NCBI GenBank assembly: GCA_039028615.1
Contig: JBCCHT010000029.1
Location: forward strand, 32,001-96,000
Reading direction: 5' to 3'
DNA: 64,000 nt
Source: Myxococcota bacterium
Lineage (GTDB): Bacteria > Myxococcota_A > Polyangia > Nannocystales > Nannocystaceae
The notes beneath the pieces are model-generated. The model did no database searches and was not told the origin of the DNA. It saw only the letters and a list, made by a program, of their open reading frames with translations. Shown here piece by piece: positions 35,949-47,531 of this stretch; position 1 is the first letter of the stretch; each line of letters starts with the position of its first letter. Made by a program: the position numbers and the translations under genes.

Positions 35949-37850
35949 TCAAGGGGAAAAACGGGGGAAGGACGACGAAGCCCCAGGGCCGTCGGCGTCG
36001 TCATCGCCCGTATAGAGGCCCTCGAGAACCTGGGCGTAGCGCTGCGAGACCACCGAACGCTTCACTTTACGGGTCGGAGTGAGCTCCCCGGTCGCTTCGG
36101 TGAACGGCTCGGGGACGATGTGAAACTTACGCACTCGCTCGTGTCGCGAGAGCCCGTCGTTCACCTCGTCGATGTGCGCCTGAACGATCTGGCGGATCCG
36201 CGGGTGTACCGCGAGATCGGCGTAGCGGGTGCATCCGAGGCCTTCGCGGTCGGATCGCTCGAGCAAGATCTCCGCGTCGAGGCTGATGAGCGCCACCACG
36301 AAGGGGCGCGCGTCACCACACACGGTGGCGTAGCCGATCCCGTGCCCCAGGCGCAGTCGCTTCTCGAGCATGACCGGCGCCACGTACTTGCCGGTCGAGG
36401 TCTTGAGCAGGTCTTTTTTGCGGTCGGTGATCCGAAGGAAGCCGTCGTGGATCTCCCCGACGTCCCCCGTGTGAAACCAGCCCTCGTCGTCGATGGCGGC
36501 GGCGCTCTGCTCGGGCTGGCCGTGGTAGCGGCTCATCACGCTGGGCGCGCGGATGAGGATCTCGCCATCGTCGGCCAGGCGGGTCTCGCAACCGGGCAAG
36601 GCCGGGCCCACCGTGCCGAAGCGGAAGCGATCGGGCCGGTTCACGTGGGTCGCCCCCGAGGTCTCGGACAGGCCGTAGCCCTCCAAGATCAGCAGCCCAG
36701 TGGCGTGGAACAGCTCGGCGACCTCTTTGGGGAGCGGGGCTCCGCCGGACACGAAGAAGCGGATGCGGCCGCCGAACAGCTCGCGGACCCGATTCAAGAC
36801 GGCCCGCTCCGCCACCGCCAGCTTCAGTGCCAATGCGGTTGGCAGGGGCTCGCCGCGCTGGCGCAGGAAGCTGGCCTGACGTCCGACCTCCATGGCGCGA
36901 TCGAACACCGCGCGCCCCACCCCACCCCGCTCGCTGGCGTCGTGCTTGATACGGGCATAGGCCTTCTCGAACATCCGGGGCACCGCGGCCACGAAGGTCG
37001 GGGCGATCTCCAGGAAGTTGGCGTAGATCCGGCTCTCGTTCTCGACGAACGCACTGACCGCGCCCTGCTCCACCGTGGCCCAGACCAGGTGTCGGGCAAA
37101 GATGTGGGCCAGCGGCAGCACCAGCAGCTGCTCGTCGGTGTGATTGACCGGAACGACGTTCTTGATCGCCCAGGCCTCGTAGACGAGGTTGCGGTGGGTC
37201 AGCACCGCGCCCTTGGCCTCTCCCGTGGCGCCCGAGGTGTAGACGTAGGTCAGCTCGTCGTCGGGCCCGAGCGAGCGGGCCAGCGCGTCGAGCTGCTCGC
37301 CCACGGAGCCTTCGTCGAGCGCCGCTTGGCCGGCCTCGGTGATCGCGTCCCAGCCATGCACCTGAAAGCCCGCGTCGTCGGGGGCCGGCAGGCTGTGGTC
37401 GTTCATCACGATCACGTGCTTCAGGCGGGCCGGACGGGACTTCGCGAGCATGGCCAGCGAGGCCGCGTCCTCCACCACGATGGTGGTGGCCCCGCTGTCG
37501 TCGACGATGGCCTGCACCTGGTCGGGGGCCAAGCTCGGGTAGATCGGGACCGAAACGGCCCCCGTCATGGCGATCGCGAGGTCGGCCAGGACCCAGCGGG
37601 GCCGCGTGCGGGCCAAGATGGCGACCCGTTGCCCGCGGGTCACGGGCAGAGCACACAAACCCGCCGCCAGGGCCCGCGAGGACTCTTGCCAGCGCCCCCA
37701 GGACATCGTCCGCCAGACCCCCTGCTGCTTGAACCGAAGCGCGGGCTGCTGGGCCGATCGCCGCACCCGAGCGTCGAACATGGCAATGACGTTGCGGTGC
37801 GCGAGGCCCTCGGTGGGGCGCGGAACGAAGTCCGACGGCGGATCGTACAT
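35949..37850 (-). CDS. Long-chain fatty acid-CoA ligase (AMP-dependent synthetase)
   Basis: YTSGATGEAKG, LPLAHIF, VPR.FEK, SGGAPL, EGYGLSET, GWFHTGD.G, ITDRKKDL.KTS.GKYVAP and ELTPT.K. Start placed at ATG 37850. Confidence 0.93.
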   Translation of the reverse strand: MYDPPSDFVPRPTEGLAHRNVIAMFDARVRRSAQQPALRFKQQGVWRTMSWGRWQESSRALAAGLCALPVTRGQRVAILARTRPRWVLADLAIAMTGAVSVPIYPSLAPDQVQAIVDDSGATTIVVEDAASLAMLAKSRPARLKHVIVMNDHSLPAPDDAGFQVHGWDAITEAGQAALDEGSVGEQLDALARSLGPDDELTYVYTSGATGEAKGAVLTHRNLVYEAWAIKNVVPVNHTDEQLLVLPLAHIFARHLVWATVEQGAVSAFVENESRIYANFLEIAPTFVAAVPRMFEKAYARIKHDASERGGVGRAVFDRAMEVGRQASFLRQRGEPLPTALALKLAVAERAVLNRVRELFGGRIRFFVSGGAPLPKEVAELFHATGLLILEGYGLSETSGATHVNRPDRFRFGTVGPALPGCETRLADDGEILIRAPSVMSRYHGQPEQSAAAIDDEGWFHTGDVGEIHDGFLRITDRKKDLLKTSTGKYVAPVMLEKRLRLGHGIGYATVCGDARPFVVALISLDAEILLERSDREGLGCTRYADLAVHPRIRQIVQAHIDEVNDGLSRHERVRKFHIVPEPFTEATGELTPTRKVKRSVVSQRYAQVLEGLYTGDDDADGPGASSSFPRFSP

Positions 37851-38099
37851 GGGCAGGTCAGATCGCTTTACCACACTGCGAGCGCAGCTCGCGAGCGGTC
37901 CCCCGACACCTGCGTCGATGACGCCCGGGACCAGGTGCACACACGAGCACACGCAGGTAGACTGCGACCGCTTTCACCGTGATGCCGAAGTTAGGTATGC
38001 GGGGCTTTGGCTTTCATGCGACGAAACGGAACCGGAAACGTAGGCGTGCCCGTTGAGCACACCTGACCCGACTCGGAAGCGCGTGGGAGGAACGCGTCC

Positions 38100-40019
38100 G
38101 TGCCCAGCCTAGCCGGCAGCCAGATCGACAAGTACGACATGATCGAGGAAGTCGGTCACGGCGGGATGGCCGTGGTCTACCGAGGTCTCGATCGCGTGCT
38201 CAAGCGAGAGGTCGCGGTGAAGGTGTTGCACCCCCACCTGGCCGACCGCGAAGAGTCTCGGTTGCGCCTGCAGCGCGAAGCCATCGCCGTCGCCAAGCTT
38301 CGCCACGAGAACATCCTCGAGATCTTCGACTACTCCGGGCCCGAGGCGGCGGAGAGCTACATCGTCACCGAGTTCATCCACGGGATGACGCTCAAGGAGT
38401 GGGTCGACGACAAGCTCGACCCCCGCCCCGCCGTGGCCGCGATGATCGTCCATCGGCTGTGCCTGGCGCTCCAGCATGCGCATCGCGGCGGCATCGTGCA
38501 CCGCGACATCAAGCCCGAGAACGTCATGATCCGGGACGACGGCGTGCTGAAGCTGATGGACTTCGGCATCGCCCAGATCATCGACAACCAAAAGCTCACG
38601 CTCACCGGGCAGCTCATCGGCAGCCCCGCCTATATGGCGCCCGAGCTCATCAGCGGGCGGCCCCTCGATCAGCGGACCGACCTGTTTTCGCTGGGCATCC
38701 TGCTCTACCAGATCGCCACCGGGCGCCTGCCCTTCACCGGGCGCAACCCTCACGAGGTGCTCAATCGCATCGCCGACGGCGACTACCCGCCCGCGGCATC
38801 GATCTGTCCGCTGGTCGATCGGGAGCTCGAAGACATCATCGCGCTGGCGCTGGCCAGCGATGCCGACGAGCGCTACCAGAGCGTCGAGACCTTCGGCCAA
38901 GACCTGGCCCGCTACCTCGAAGAGGTCGGGGTCGAGCCCAACAACGAAGAGCTCGGCCTGTACTTCACCAAGCCCGCGCGCTACGTCGAACAGCTCGACG
39001 AGCGGGTCTGCGAGACCCTGACCGAGCGCGCCAAGCAGGCCGCCCACGACGGCGAGACGGCCCGGGCAATTCGGCTGCTGGGGCGCGTGCTGGAGATCGA
39101 TGCCAGCCACGCGGGAGCCGTGGCCCTGCTCCAGAAACTGCGGCTACGGGAGCGTCGGAACCGGCGATTGGTGATGATCGCCGCGGCCCTCATCACCGCG
39201 GGCATCATCCTCACCATCGTCCGCTTCCTGCCCTCCAACTCGGCCCTCGACGAGGGATTGGCGGCCGCTCCCCATGCGTCGAGTCTCGACCGGGTGGAGT
39301 CCGAGCCGTCGGCGGTCGACGGCAGCACCGGGCCGGGGCCCAAGCCCCTGCCCGCGGTCGTGCCCGACGACGCGGGCGGCAGCACGAGCGGGGGGGCACC
39401 GTCCGAGGCGGAGTCCGGGCCCGAGCCGAGCACCGTGACCGAGTCCGACGGTAGTGCCGAGCCGACCGTGGCGTTCCGTCCCGGCGAGCGGCTGCGTCGG
39501 CCCAAGCACGGTGGCCCGTCCACGCCACGGGTCCCCGTCACTACGCCGTGCAAGGTCTCCTTCTCCGGGATCCCGTTGCCCACCGCGAAGAACCTCTCGT
39601 TCTTCCTCGACGACCAGGTGCAACCGATCAAGGCGATGACCATGGACGTGGAGTTCCCCGACACCGCGTCGCAGCTGCAGATCAAAGACACGCGCTACGT
39701 GGCGAGCCGCAAGCTGACCCGCGCACAATGCGAAGTGGGGCCGGTCGACGTCCAGATTCGGGCCCGAGCTGCCCGGGTCAAGTTCCCCGGGCTCGCCTCG
39801 GACGTGGTGGTCATTTGCAAGACCGGGTGCCGCGAAAAAGTGCTGGGGGTCAACCAGACGGCGGGGAACTTCCGCGCCGTGCCGATCCCGAAGGGCGCCG
39901 TGGAGCACACGGTTTCACTCCTGTTCAAGCACGAGCAGTACGAGCAAAAGAGCCTCGACGTCGACCTGCGGCCGGGTCCCAACGAGGTTCGGGTGGCGCT
40001 CGTGCCTCGCGGCCGGTGA
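38100..40019 (+). CDS. Hanks-type Ser/Thr protein kinase, membrane-anchored with extracytoplasmic C-terminus
   Basis: GHGGMA.VY, VAVK, HRDIKPEN, DFG, GSPAYMAPE and DLFSLG; a TPR-like helix pair; TM segment LVMIAAALITAGIILTIV. Confidence 0.95.
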   Translation: MPSLAGSQIDKYDMIEEVGHGGMAVVYRGLDRVLKREVAVKVLHPHLADREESRLRLQREAIAVAKLRHENILEIFDYSGPEAAESYIVTEFIHGMTLKEWVDDKLDPRPAVAAMIVHRLCLALQHAHRGGIVHRDIKPENVMIRDDGVLKLMDFGIAQIIDNQKLTLTGQLIGSPAYMAPELISGRPLDQRTDLFSLGILLYQIATGRLPFTGRNPHEVLNRIADGDYPPAASICPLVDRELEDIIALALASDADERYQSVETFGQDLARYLEEVGVEPNNEELGLYFTKPARYVEQLDERVCETLTERAKQAAHDGETARAIRLLGRVLEIDASHAGAVALLQKLRLRERRNRRLVMIAAALITAGIILTIVRFLPSNSALDEGLAAAPHASSLDRVESEPSAVDGSTGPGPKPLPAVVPDDAGGSTSGGAPSEAESGPEPSTVTESDGSAEPTVAFRPGERLRRPKHGGPSTPRVPVTTPCKVSFSGIPLPTAKNLSFFLDDQVQPIKAMTMDVEFPDTASQLQIKDTRYVASRKLTRAQCEVGPVDVQIRARAARVKFPGLASDVVVICKTGCREKVLGVNQTAGNFRAVPIPKGAVEHTVSLLFKHEQYEQKSLDVDLRPGPNEVRVALVPRGR

Positions 40020-40086
40020 CCGCCTGCATTCGGTCCCCGCGGTTCCCTCTCCAGCGGGATCCGCGGTAGGCTCTGCCTCCGCCGCG

Positions 40087-41148
40087 ATGCGCCCCCTGCT
40101 CGCTACCATCGTTTGCGCCAGCCTGACCTTCGGGGTCATTCCGACGCAGGCCCGGGCCCACGCCCAAACGACCGCCCCGCCCGCTCCCGCTCCGGCGTCC
40201 GCGACCGACGAAGAGGCCGTCGAGCAGGCCCAAGCGGCATGGAGCCGCGGGGGCTGGGCCGAGGTGCGCTCGATTCTGGAGCCCGTGGCCGACGACACCG
40301 AGCGGCTGACCGACGCCCGCATGCGGGAAAAGGCGCTGTGTCTGCTCGCGGACGCGACCGTCAACGACCCCGAACTCGACGTCGAGATGCGGCGCCAGGA
40401 TGCCTCGCAATATCTCGAGCGCCTGCTCGACGCCGACCCCAGCTGGCGACTGCCGCCCGCGATCTACAGCCCTGAACTGTTCGAGCTGTTCGCCGACGTC
40501 CAAGATCAGCGCAGCGAGCAAAAGAGCATGCAGTGCGACGCCGATCGCAACGCGTGCAAAGCCGACCTTGCCGAGGCCAACGCCTCCATCGACCAGTGGC
40601 GCGCCGACTACGAGACCCTCGAGCAAAAGTACGAGGACCAAGAGATCGAGGTCCGGGACCGCGTGGCCCGCACGCGCATCTTCGCCGCGTTCCCGGCCGG
40701 GATCGGGCATTTCTACAACGGCGAGCCCGGCCTCGGCGCGACGTTCCTCGCCACCGAGGCGGTGCTCGGCCTGACCGGTCTCACCCTCATCCTGTACCGG
40801 AACATCGCCGACGGCTGTCAGCGGGACCAAGGCTTTCAGCGGGGTTCGCTGGTGTGCTCCAACCGCGATCTCGACGGTATCGTCCGGCGGCGGAAAGTCG
40901 AGGAGGCGATGGGCTGGATGTTCCTCGGCTCGATTGCGCTCGACATTCTCATCGCCCAGCTCCGCTTCCGGCCCTACACTTTGACGGGTAAAGAACGCGT
41001 GCCTCGGCGCGAGCTGGACGCTCAGACCGGGAACACCGAGGAGCGCAGCCGCCGTCGCAAACGCAAGGCCAAGCCGCGTGCTAAGGTCCGCCCGACGGGT
41101 GGCGGGGGTCCCCGTGGCGTCGGCCTCGGCATTTCCGTCCGTTTTTGA
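40087..41148 (+). CDS. Exported/membrane hypothetical protein (TPR-like N-terminus, coiled coil, TM2-like hairpin)
   Basis: Signal peptide ending AHA; motifs LL..DP...L....YSP and FP.G.GHF.NG; C-terminal GLGISVRF. Confidence 0.7.
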   Translation: MRPLLATIVCASLTFGVIPTQARAHAQTTAPPAPAPASATDEEAVEQAQAAWSRGGWAEVRSILEPVADDTERLTDARMREKALCLLADATVNDPELDVEMRRQDASQYLERLLDADPSWRLPPAIYSPELFELFADVQDQRSEQKSMQCDADRNACKADLAEANASIDQWRADYETLEQKYEDQEIEVRDRVARTRIFAAFPAGIGHFYNGEPGLGATFLATEAVLGLTGLTLILYRNIADGCQRDQGFQRGSLVCSNRDLDGIVRRRKVEEAMGWMFLGSIALDILIAQLRFRPYTLTGKERVPRRELDAQTGNTEERSRRRKRKAKPRAKVRPTGGGGPRGVGLGISVRF

Positions 41149-41151
41149 CGC

Positions 41152-43001
<1,850 letters not shown>

Positions 43002-43005
<4 letters not shown>

Positions 43006-43814
43006 GCCCCCGGCCGCGCCTGCGCTCACGCCTGGCCGCCGTGCTCATTTGCGGTGCTGCGCTCGGCGGCACCGATTGCATCATCCCCGACGCGGGGATC
43101 ATCGTCGAAGACGAGTTCCTCAACGCCGGAGCGGTTCGCATCGTCGAGCCCACGCCGGTCACCATTCGGGCCGACGAAGACTGCGACGAGCTGACGACCC
43201 TCGGCGGTTGCCCGCGCGTGCCCGACACGCTGCCCTCCGGGCTCATTCGCACCGACTCCCCCCTGTGTGTGTGCCCGGGCGCCGACCAAGGCCTCGGTGA
43301 GTTCGACATCTACGTCGAAGACCCCGATGTCGACGAGGACGGCGATCCGCGGGACGACATCCTGGGCGCGCTGTTCCTCGACATGCCGTCCACGGCCAGC
43401 GACCCCAGCCTCTTCTTGGCGTACACCGGTCTGCTGGCGCCCGACGAGCCCGCCACGCGGTTTCGGGCCAGCGACGTCCAGACCATCGAGCGGCCCGACC
43501 CCCACCTCAAGGCGTGGACGCTGGCCGGGCAGCCGCGGGTCGACCTGTGCAACGACAACGACGGCATCCAGATCCCGCCGGGCCTGCACGTGCTCCGCCT
43601 GATCGTTACCGATCGCCCCTGGTACACGCCGGTCCTGCGCGATGCCGACGGCATGGTCATCGAGGATGAAGACGGCGAAGTGGTGCTGGGCGACCCGGTG
43701 GTCGGCATGCCCGATCTGGCCGGTGGGGCCAGCTACGACACCCGCAGCTACGTGTTCGAGTGCCTCGACTCCAGCGATCCGGTGGCGGGAAGTGGGTGCA
43801 ACTGTGAGTCGTAG
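43002..43814 (+). CDS. Cys-rich acidic lipoprotein (paralogue A)
   Basis: GTG 43002 overlaps the activator stop. Signal peptide ends at C-IIPD; shares motifs with the next gene. Confidence 0.75.
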
Positions 43815-44640
43815 GCGCCTGAGCCTGGTGGCCGTGGCGCTGCTGCTCGGCGGCGGCTGCATCATTCCCGATCGAGGCATCCGCAACGAGAGCGACGACG
43901 ACAACCCGGGGGCGGTTCGCATCGTCGAGTCCATCCCCGTGCTCGACGAACTCGTCAGCAGCTGCCGGCGCGAAGAAGCCGAGGACGAGGAAATCCTCAA
44001 CTGCCCGCAGGTCCCGCCCGGACTCGTCCAGGGGGTCATTCCCGGGGGGCCCTACTGCTCGTGTCCCGGTCGTGACGGCAACACCCTGCCCGAGTTTTCG
44101 ATCTACGCCGAGGATCCCGACCGCATCAACGACGAGCCCACCGACGTGCTCTATGCCGTCGCGTTGCTCGACCTCGATCCGCTCACCGAGTCCCCGCAGA
44201 CCTTCGTCGCCTACCCCGAGCACCTCACGCCGGGCGGACCGGGGGAGTACATCGGCGCGAACTCCCGCGGCTTCGGGGCGGACGATGTGCCGCTGGGCTC
44301 GTCGGTAGGCCGCGAAGACAATGGCCTGTGGCAGTTTCGGTTCGGCAAGGATCGCGGCGAAGGCGTCGACCTATGCAACGACGACAACGGCGAGACCCAG
44401 ACGCCGGGGCTGCACAACCTCCAGATCATGGTGACCGACCGCCCCTTCTTTCAGCCCCAGCGGCTGGATGAAAACGGCGATCCGCAGCTCGACGCCAGCG
44501 GCAACCCCCTGCTGCTCAACGCGCAGTACGGCATGCCCGACCTGGCGATCGGGGCCACGTGGGCGGTGGCCAACTTCGTGTTTTCCTGCGAAGACCCGGC
44601 GGAAGAACCAGCCTGCAACTGCATCGAGGGCGCCCCATGA
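43804..44640 (+). CDS. Cys-rich acidic lipoprotein (paralogue B)
   Basis: GTG 43804, lipobox GGGC-IIPD. Motifs GAVRIVE, EF.IY.EDPD, VDLCND, PGLH, VTDRP, GMPDLA and CNC are shared with paralogue A. Confidence 0.78.
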   Translation: MSRRRLSLVAVALLLGGGCIIPDRGIRNESDDDNPGAVRIVESIPVLDELVSSCRREEAEDEEILNCPQVPPGLVQGVIPGGPYCSCPGRDGNTLPEFSIYAEDPDRINDEPTDVLYAVALLDLDPLTESPQTFVAYPEHLTPGGPGEYIGANSRGFGADDVPLGSSVGREDNGLWQFRFGKDRGEGVDLCNDDNGETQTPGLHNLQIMVTDRPFFQPQRLDENGDPQLDASGNPLLLNAQYGMPDLAIGATWAVANFVFSCEDPAEEPACNCIEGAP

Positions 44641-47036
44641 GCGTGCGCGCCAAGGCGTTGCCCGCGGCCATGCTGCTGGCGCTGGGGTGCAGCAGCGCGG
44701 CCGAGCCCCCCGTCACCGAGGAGTGCAAGGCGGACACCGACTGCACCGAAGGGTTCGTGTGCGCGGTCGACCAGGGGCGCTGCCTGCCCGGCAACGAGGC
44801 GGCACCGCGGGCCCACCTGGGCTTCGACATCCGCGAGCGCGCGGCGGGCCAGATCCGCTTCCGCGTGGAGGTCGATGGCTGCGATTGCCTCGTGCAAGAG
44901 GCCCAGAACATCCGTGAGCTTTCATTGTCGCGGGCGCTGGTCAGTCAGTTCATCGACCTGGGCGTCAGCACCACCAGCGACGTCATGGCTCCGCTCACGG
45001 GGCGCTTCGAGCTGACCCAGTCGTCGCGCTACGGCCAGCTCCCCTCCCCTCAGTTCATCCTCAACTATCCCACCGTCGACGACGGCACCATGAGCGCGGT
45101 CCCGACCGTGCTCCGCTGGCCTCGCTATCACCCGCTGGACGAGGACCCGCCCGAAGACGTCATCTTGTGGGAGATCGAGCCCGAGGAAGACCTCGCGCTG
45201 CGCTACCACGGCTTGGCCCTGCCCACCCATCGCACCGACGACGACGCCGAGTGCTTCCAGGACTCCGATTGCTGCGAGGTCCCCGGCGAGTGCGACCCGT
45301 GGCCCAACTTCTGCGATCAGAGCGTGGGCCGTTGCACCGCCATCGGCTCGCCGGAGTGGATCTATCGCTATCCCTACGAGACGGCGTGCAGCCGCGCGGT
45401 CGAAGGCAACGTGGTGACCTTCGACGCGCTCAGCGACCCGCCGATGGGCGCAGTGCCCCTGGCCGATGCCACGGTGCAGTTTCGCTACGCGGACCCGCCC
45501 GGGGAGCGGTTTGGCATTCCCGTGTTCCAGGAGAGCGCCCCCGAAGACCGCCCCCCCGAGTGCGCGAGCGATGCCGCGTGCGACGAGCCCAACGAGTACT
45601 GCGATCTGGACACCAACCAGTGCTTCGTCGCGCTGGCGGGCCGAGCCGCGGACGACGGCACACCGACCATCGACGGCACCTTCCGAACCCAGGTCTACAC
45701 CTACTGCGACGGCGCGGCTCAGGCCTCCCAGGCCCGACACTACGGCGTGACCATTCAGCCGGCCGGGGCTCGCCCGCAGCCGACCGTCGACTACATCCTC
45801 GACGCCACCTTCTTCCCTGCCCCCGAGGGCTCGGTTTTCCAGGTGGGCGCCGACTTCTGCGTGCCCGACTGGGGCGAGCCAGTCTCCCTCGAGCTCGAGC
45901 TGACCGGCCCTCCGCGCGTCTTGGTAGGCACGGGCGACCAGGCCTACAGCTGCTGCGACATCGGGTGCCTCCCGGCCACGGCCGAGGACCTCGAGGGCGC
46001 CGAGCCCCCGATGGAGCCCGCCAACTGCGACGAGCGCACCAGCACGGGCGAGGTCGCATCGGTCGACGTGAGCACCGACTTCGTGCTCGACGTCGAGCTC
46101 ATCACCGCGTGGAACGAGGCCGACTGCGTGACGCCCGACATCGACGCGCTCGGGCAGGCGGGCAGCCTCGAGCTCGCCGCCAACTGTGCGACCGTCGATG
46201 CCCCCTGCGTCGTCGAGAACATGGCGCTCGGCAGCGAGGAGACGCCGCGGGTCTACGAGGTTCGGGTCGAGTCTCCGGTCGGGTCCGTGCTCGCCTCCGG
46301 GGACTTCAACATCGAGCTCGACGGGGAGCAGCCCGAGCTGCAGACCCTCACCCTCGGGCCCCGGGTGCTGGTGACCGGGACGGTCGACGTGGACGCCACC
46401 ATCTGCGGGCGGCGCGAGTCGGGCGAAGACTGCGCAGCCCGAGAGGCCATCGTGGTCGCTGAACGTCTGCGCATGCCCGACGAGCCCGACGGCAGCGTGC
46501 CCGGGCCCTACATCCACACCGTGTCGACGTATCACGACCCCGTCGCCGGACGAGACGGGGCCTTCGTGCTGCCCCTCGATCCCGGCGGGGTCTATGCCGT
46601 GACCGCGCTGCCCGCGGCCGGTGCCGAAGGCGGTCCCGCGCGATTCGCCGTGGTCAACCTGAGGGACGACGCCTCGGACCCGCCGACCAACCTGAGCCTC
46701 ACCCTCGAAGAGGGGGTCATCGTCACCCTCAACCTCGACGGCTTCGATCAACGGACCTCCATGGTCCCGGTGGACCGCGGCAGCTACCTGACCGATGGGA
46801 TGCGACTCGAGCACCCCGGGCGCACGGGTACTGCGGATCCGTTCATTGATTTCAATCGCATCGGCGAGTGCTGGACCTCCGAAGACGAAGCCCCGCGGGC
46901 GTGCGAGATCCGGCGACTGATCCCCCCCGAATCCAGCCTGTCCCGCAGCCAGGTCGGCGTGGTCCGGTTTACGGCCCGACGCTCCGATCAGGCCGGATGC
47001 TCGCAGAGCTGCCCCGCACCCGTCGCGGAACCCTGA
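44637..47036 (+). CDS. Large Cys-rich lipoprotein
   Basis: ATG 44637 (ATGA overlap), lipobox LALGC and repeated C..D.DC...C....C modules. Confidence 0.78.
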   Translation: MSVRAKALPAAMLLALGCSSAAEPPVTEECKADTDCTEGFVCAVDQGRCLPGNEAAPRAHLGFDIRERAAGQIRFRVEVDGCDCLVQEAQNIRELSLSRALVSQFIDLGVSTTSDVMAPLTGRFELTQSSRYGQLPSPQFILNYPTVDDGTMSAVPTVLRWPRYHPLDEDPPEDVILWEIEPEEDLALRYHGLALPTHRTDDDAECFQDSDCCEVPGECDPWPNFCDQSVGRCTAIGSPEWIYRYPYETACSRAVEGNVVTFDALSDPPMGAVPLADATVQFRYADPPGERFGIPVFQESAPEDRPPECASDAACDEPNEYCDLDTNQCFVALAGRAADDGTPTIDGTFRTQVYTYCDGAAQASQARHYGVTIQPAGARPQPTVDYILDATFFPAPEGSVFQVGADFCVPDWGEPVSLELELTGPPRVLVGTGDQAYSCCDIGCLPATAEDLEGAEPPMEPANCDERTSTGEVASVDVSTDFVLDVELITAWNEADCVTPDIDALGQAGSLELAANCATVDAPCVVENMALGSEETPRVYEVRVESPVGSVLASGDFNIELDGEQPELQTLTLGPRVLVTGTVDVDATICGRRESGEDCAAREAIVVAERLRMPDEPDGSVPGPYIHTVSTYHDPVAGRDGAFVLPLDPGGVYAVTALPAAGAEGGPARFAVVNLRDDASDPPTNLSLTLEEGVIVTLNLDGFDQRTSMVPVDRGSYLTDGMRLEHPGRTGTADPFIDFNRIGECWTSEDEAPRACEIRRLIPPESSLSRSQVGVVRFTARRSDQAGCSQSCPAPVAEP

Positions 47037-47052
47037 TTGGTCCTAAAATCGT

Positions 47053-47520
47053 GTGCAGGCGCACGCTTCGTCAGCACACACCGCCCCAGGGTTGACCAGC
47101 GGGTGGGCCCAGGTGGATGATGCCCGCGTACTGAAGGGTTCTGAGTCACCCCGAGGCCTTCGGCTCTCGACGTGGGTGCGAGTCATCGCAATCGTCGGCG
47201 CAATCCTTTACGGAGTCGTCGGCATTTCGCTCGGACTTGCGCAGCAACGATCTGGCCTCGCCCCCGGCGAGGTCGATTGCCCCTATCGCGTACGGCTCAT
47301 TCGCGACCGTGTGGTGGCCCTGACCCAGCGATCCCCCAGCTTCCGCGACGGGGACCCGCAAGACGATGTCGTCCTCAATCTCATCCGCGAGACTCAGGCA
47401 GCCTGCACCGCAGACGCCGCCAGCATGCAGACCCTCGAGAAAATCGAGGCGCAGCTGCAGGCGCATGTCGAGCATGGTGCTCTGGAATCGGAGATACGCC
47501 GTGAGCTGCTCGCGCTCTAG
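47053..47520 (+). CDS. Hypothetical small membrane-anchored protein (start uncertain)
   Basis: One TM helix (VIAIVGAILYGVVGISLGLA); ends 11 nt before the helicase start. Confidence 0.55.
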   Translation: MQAHASSAHTAPGLTSGWAQVDDARVLKGSESPRGLRLSTWVRVIAIVGAILYGVVGISLGLAQQRSGLAPGEVDCPYRVRLIRDRVVALTQRSPSFRDGDPQDDVVLNLIRETQAACTADAASMQTLEKIEAQLQAHVEHGALESEIRRELLAL

Positions 47521-47531
47521 GAATTCCTCCA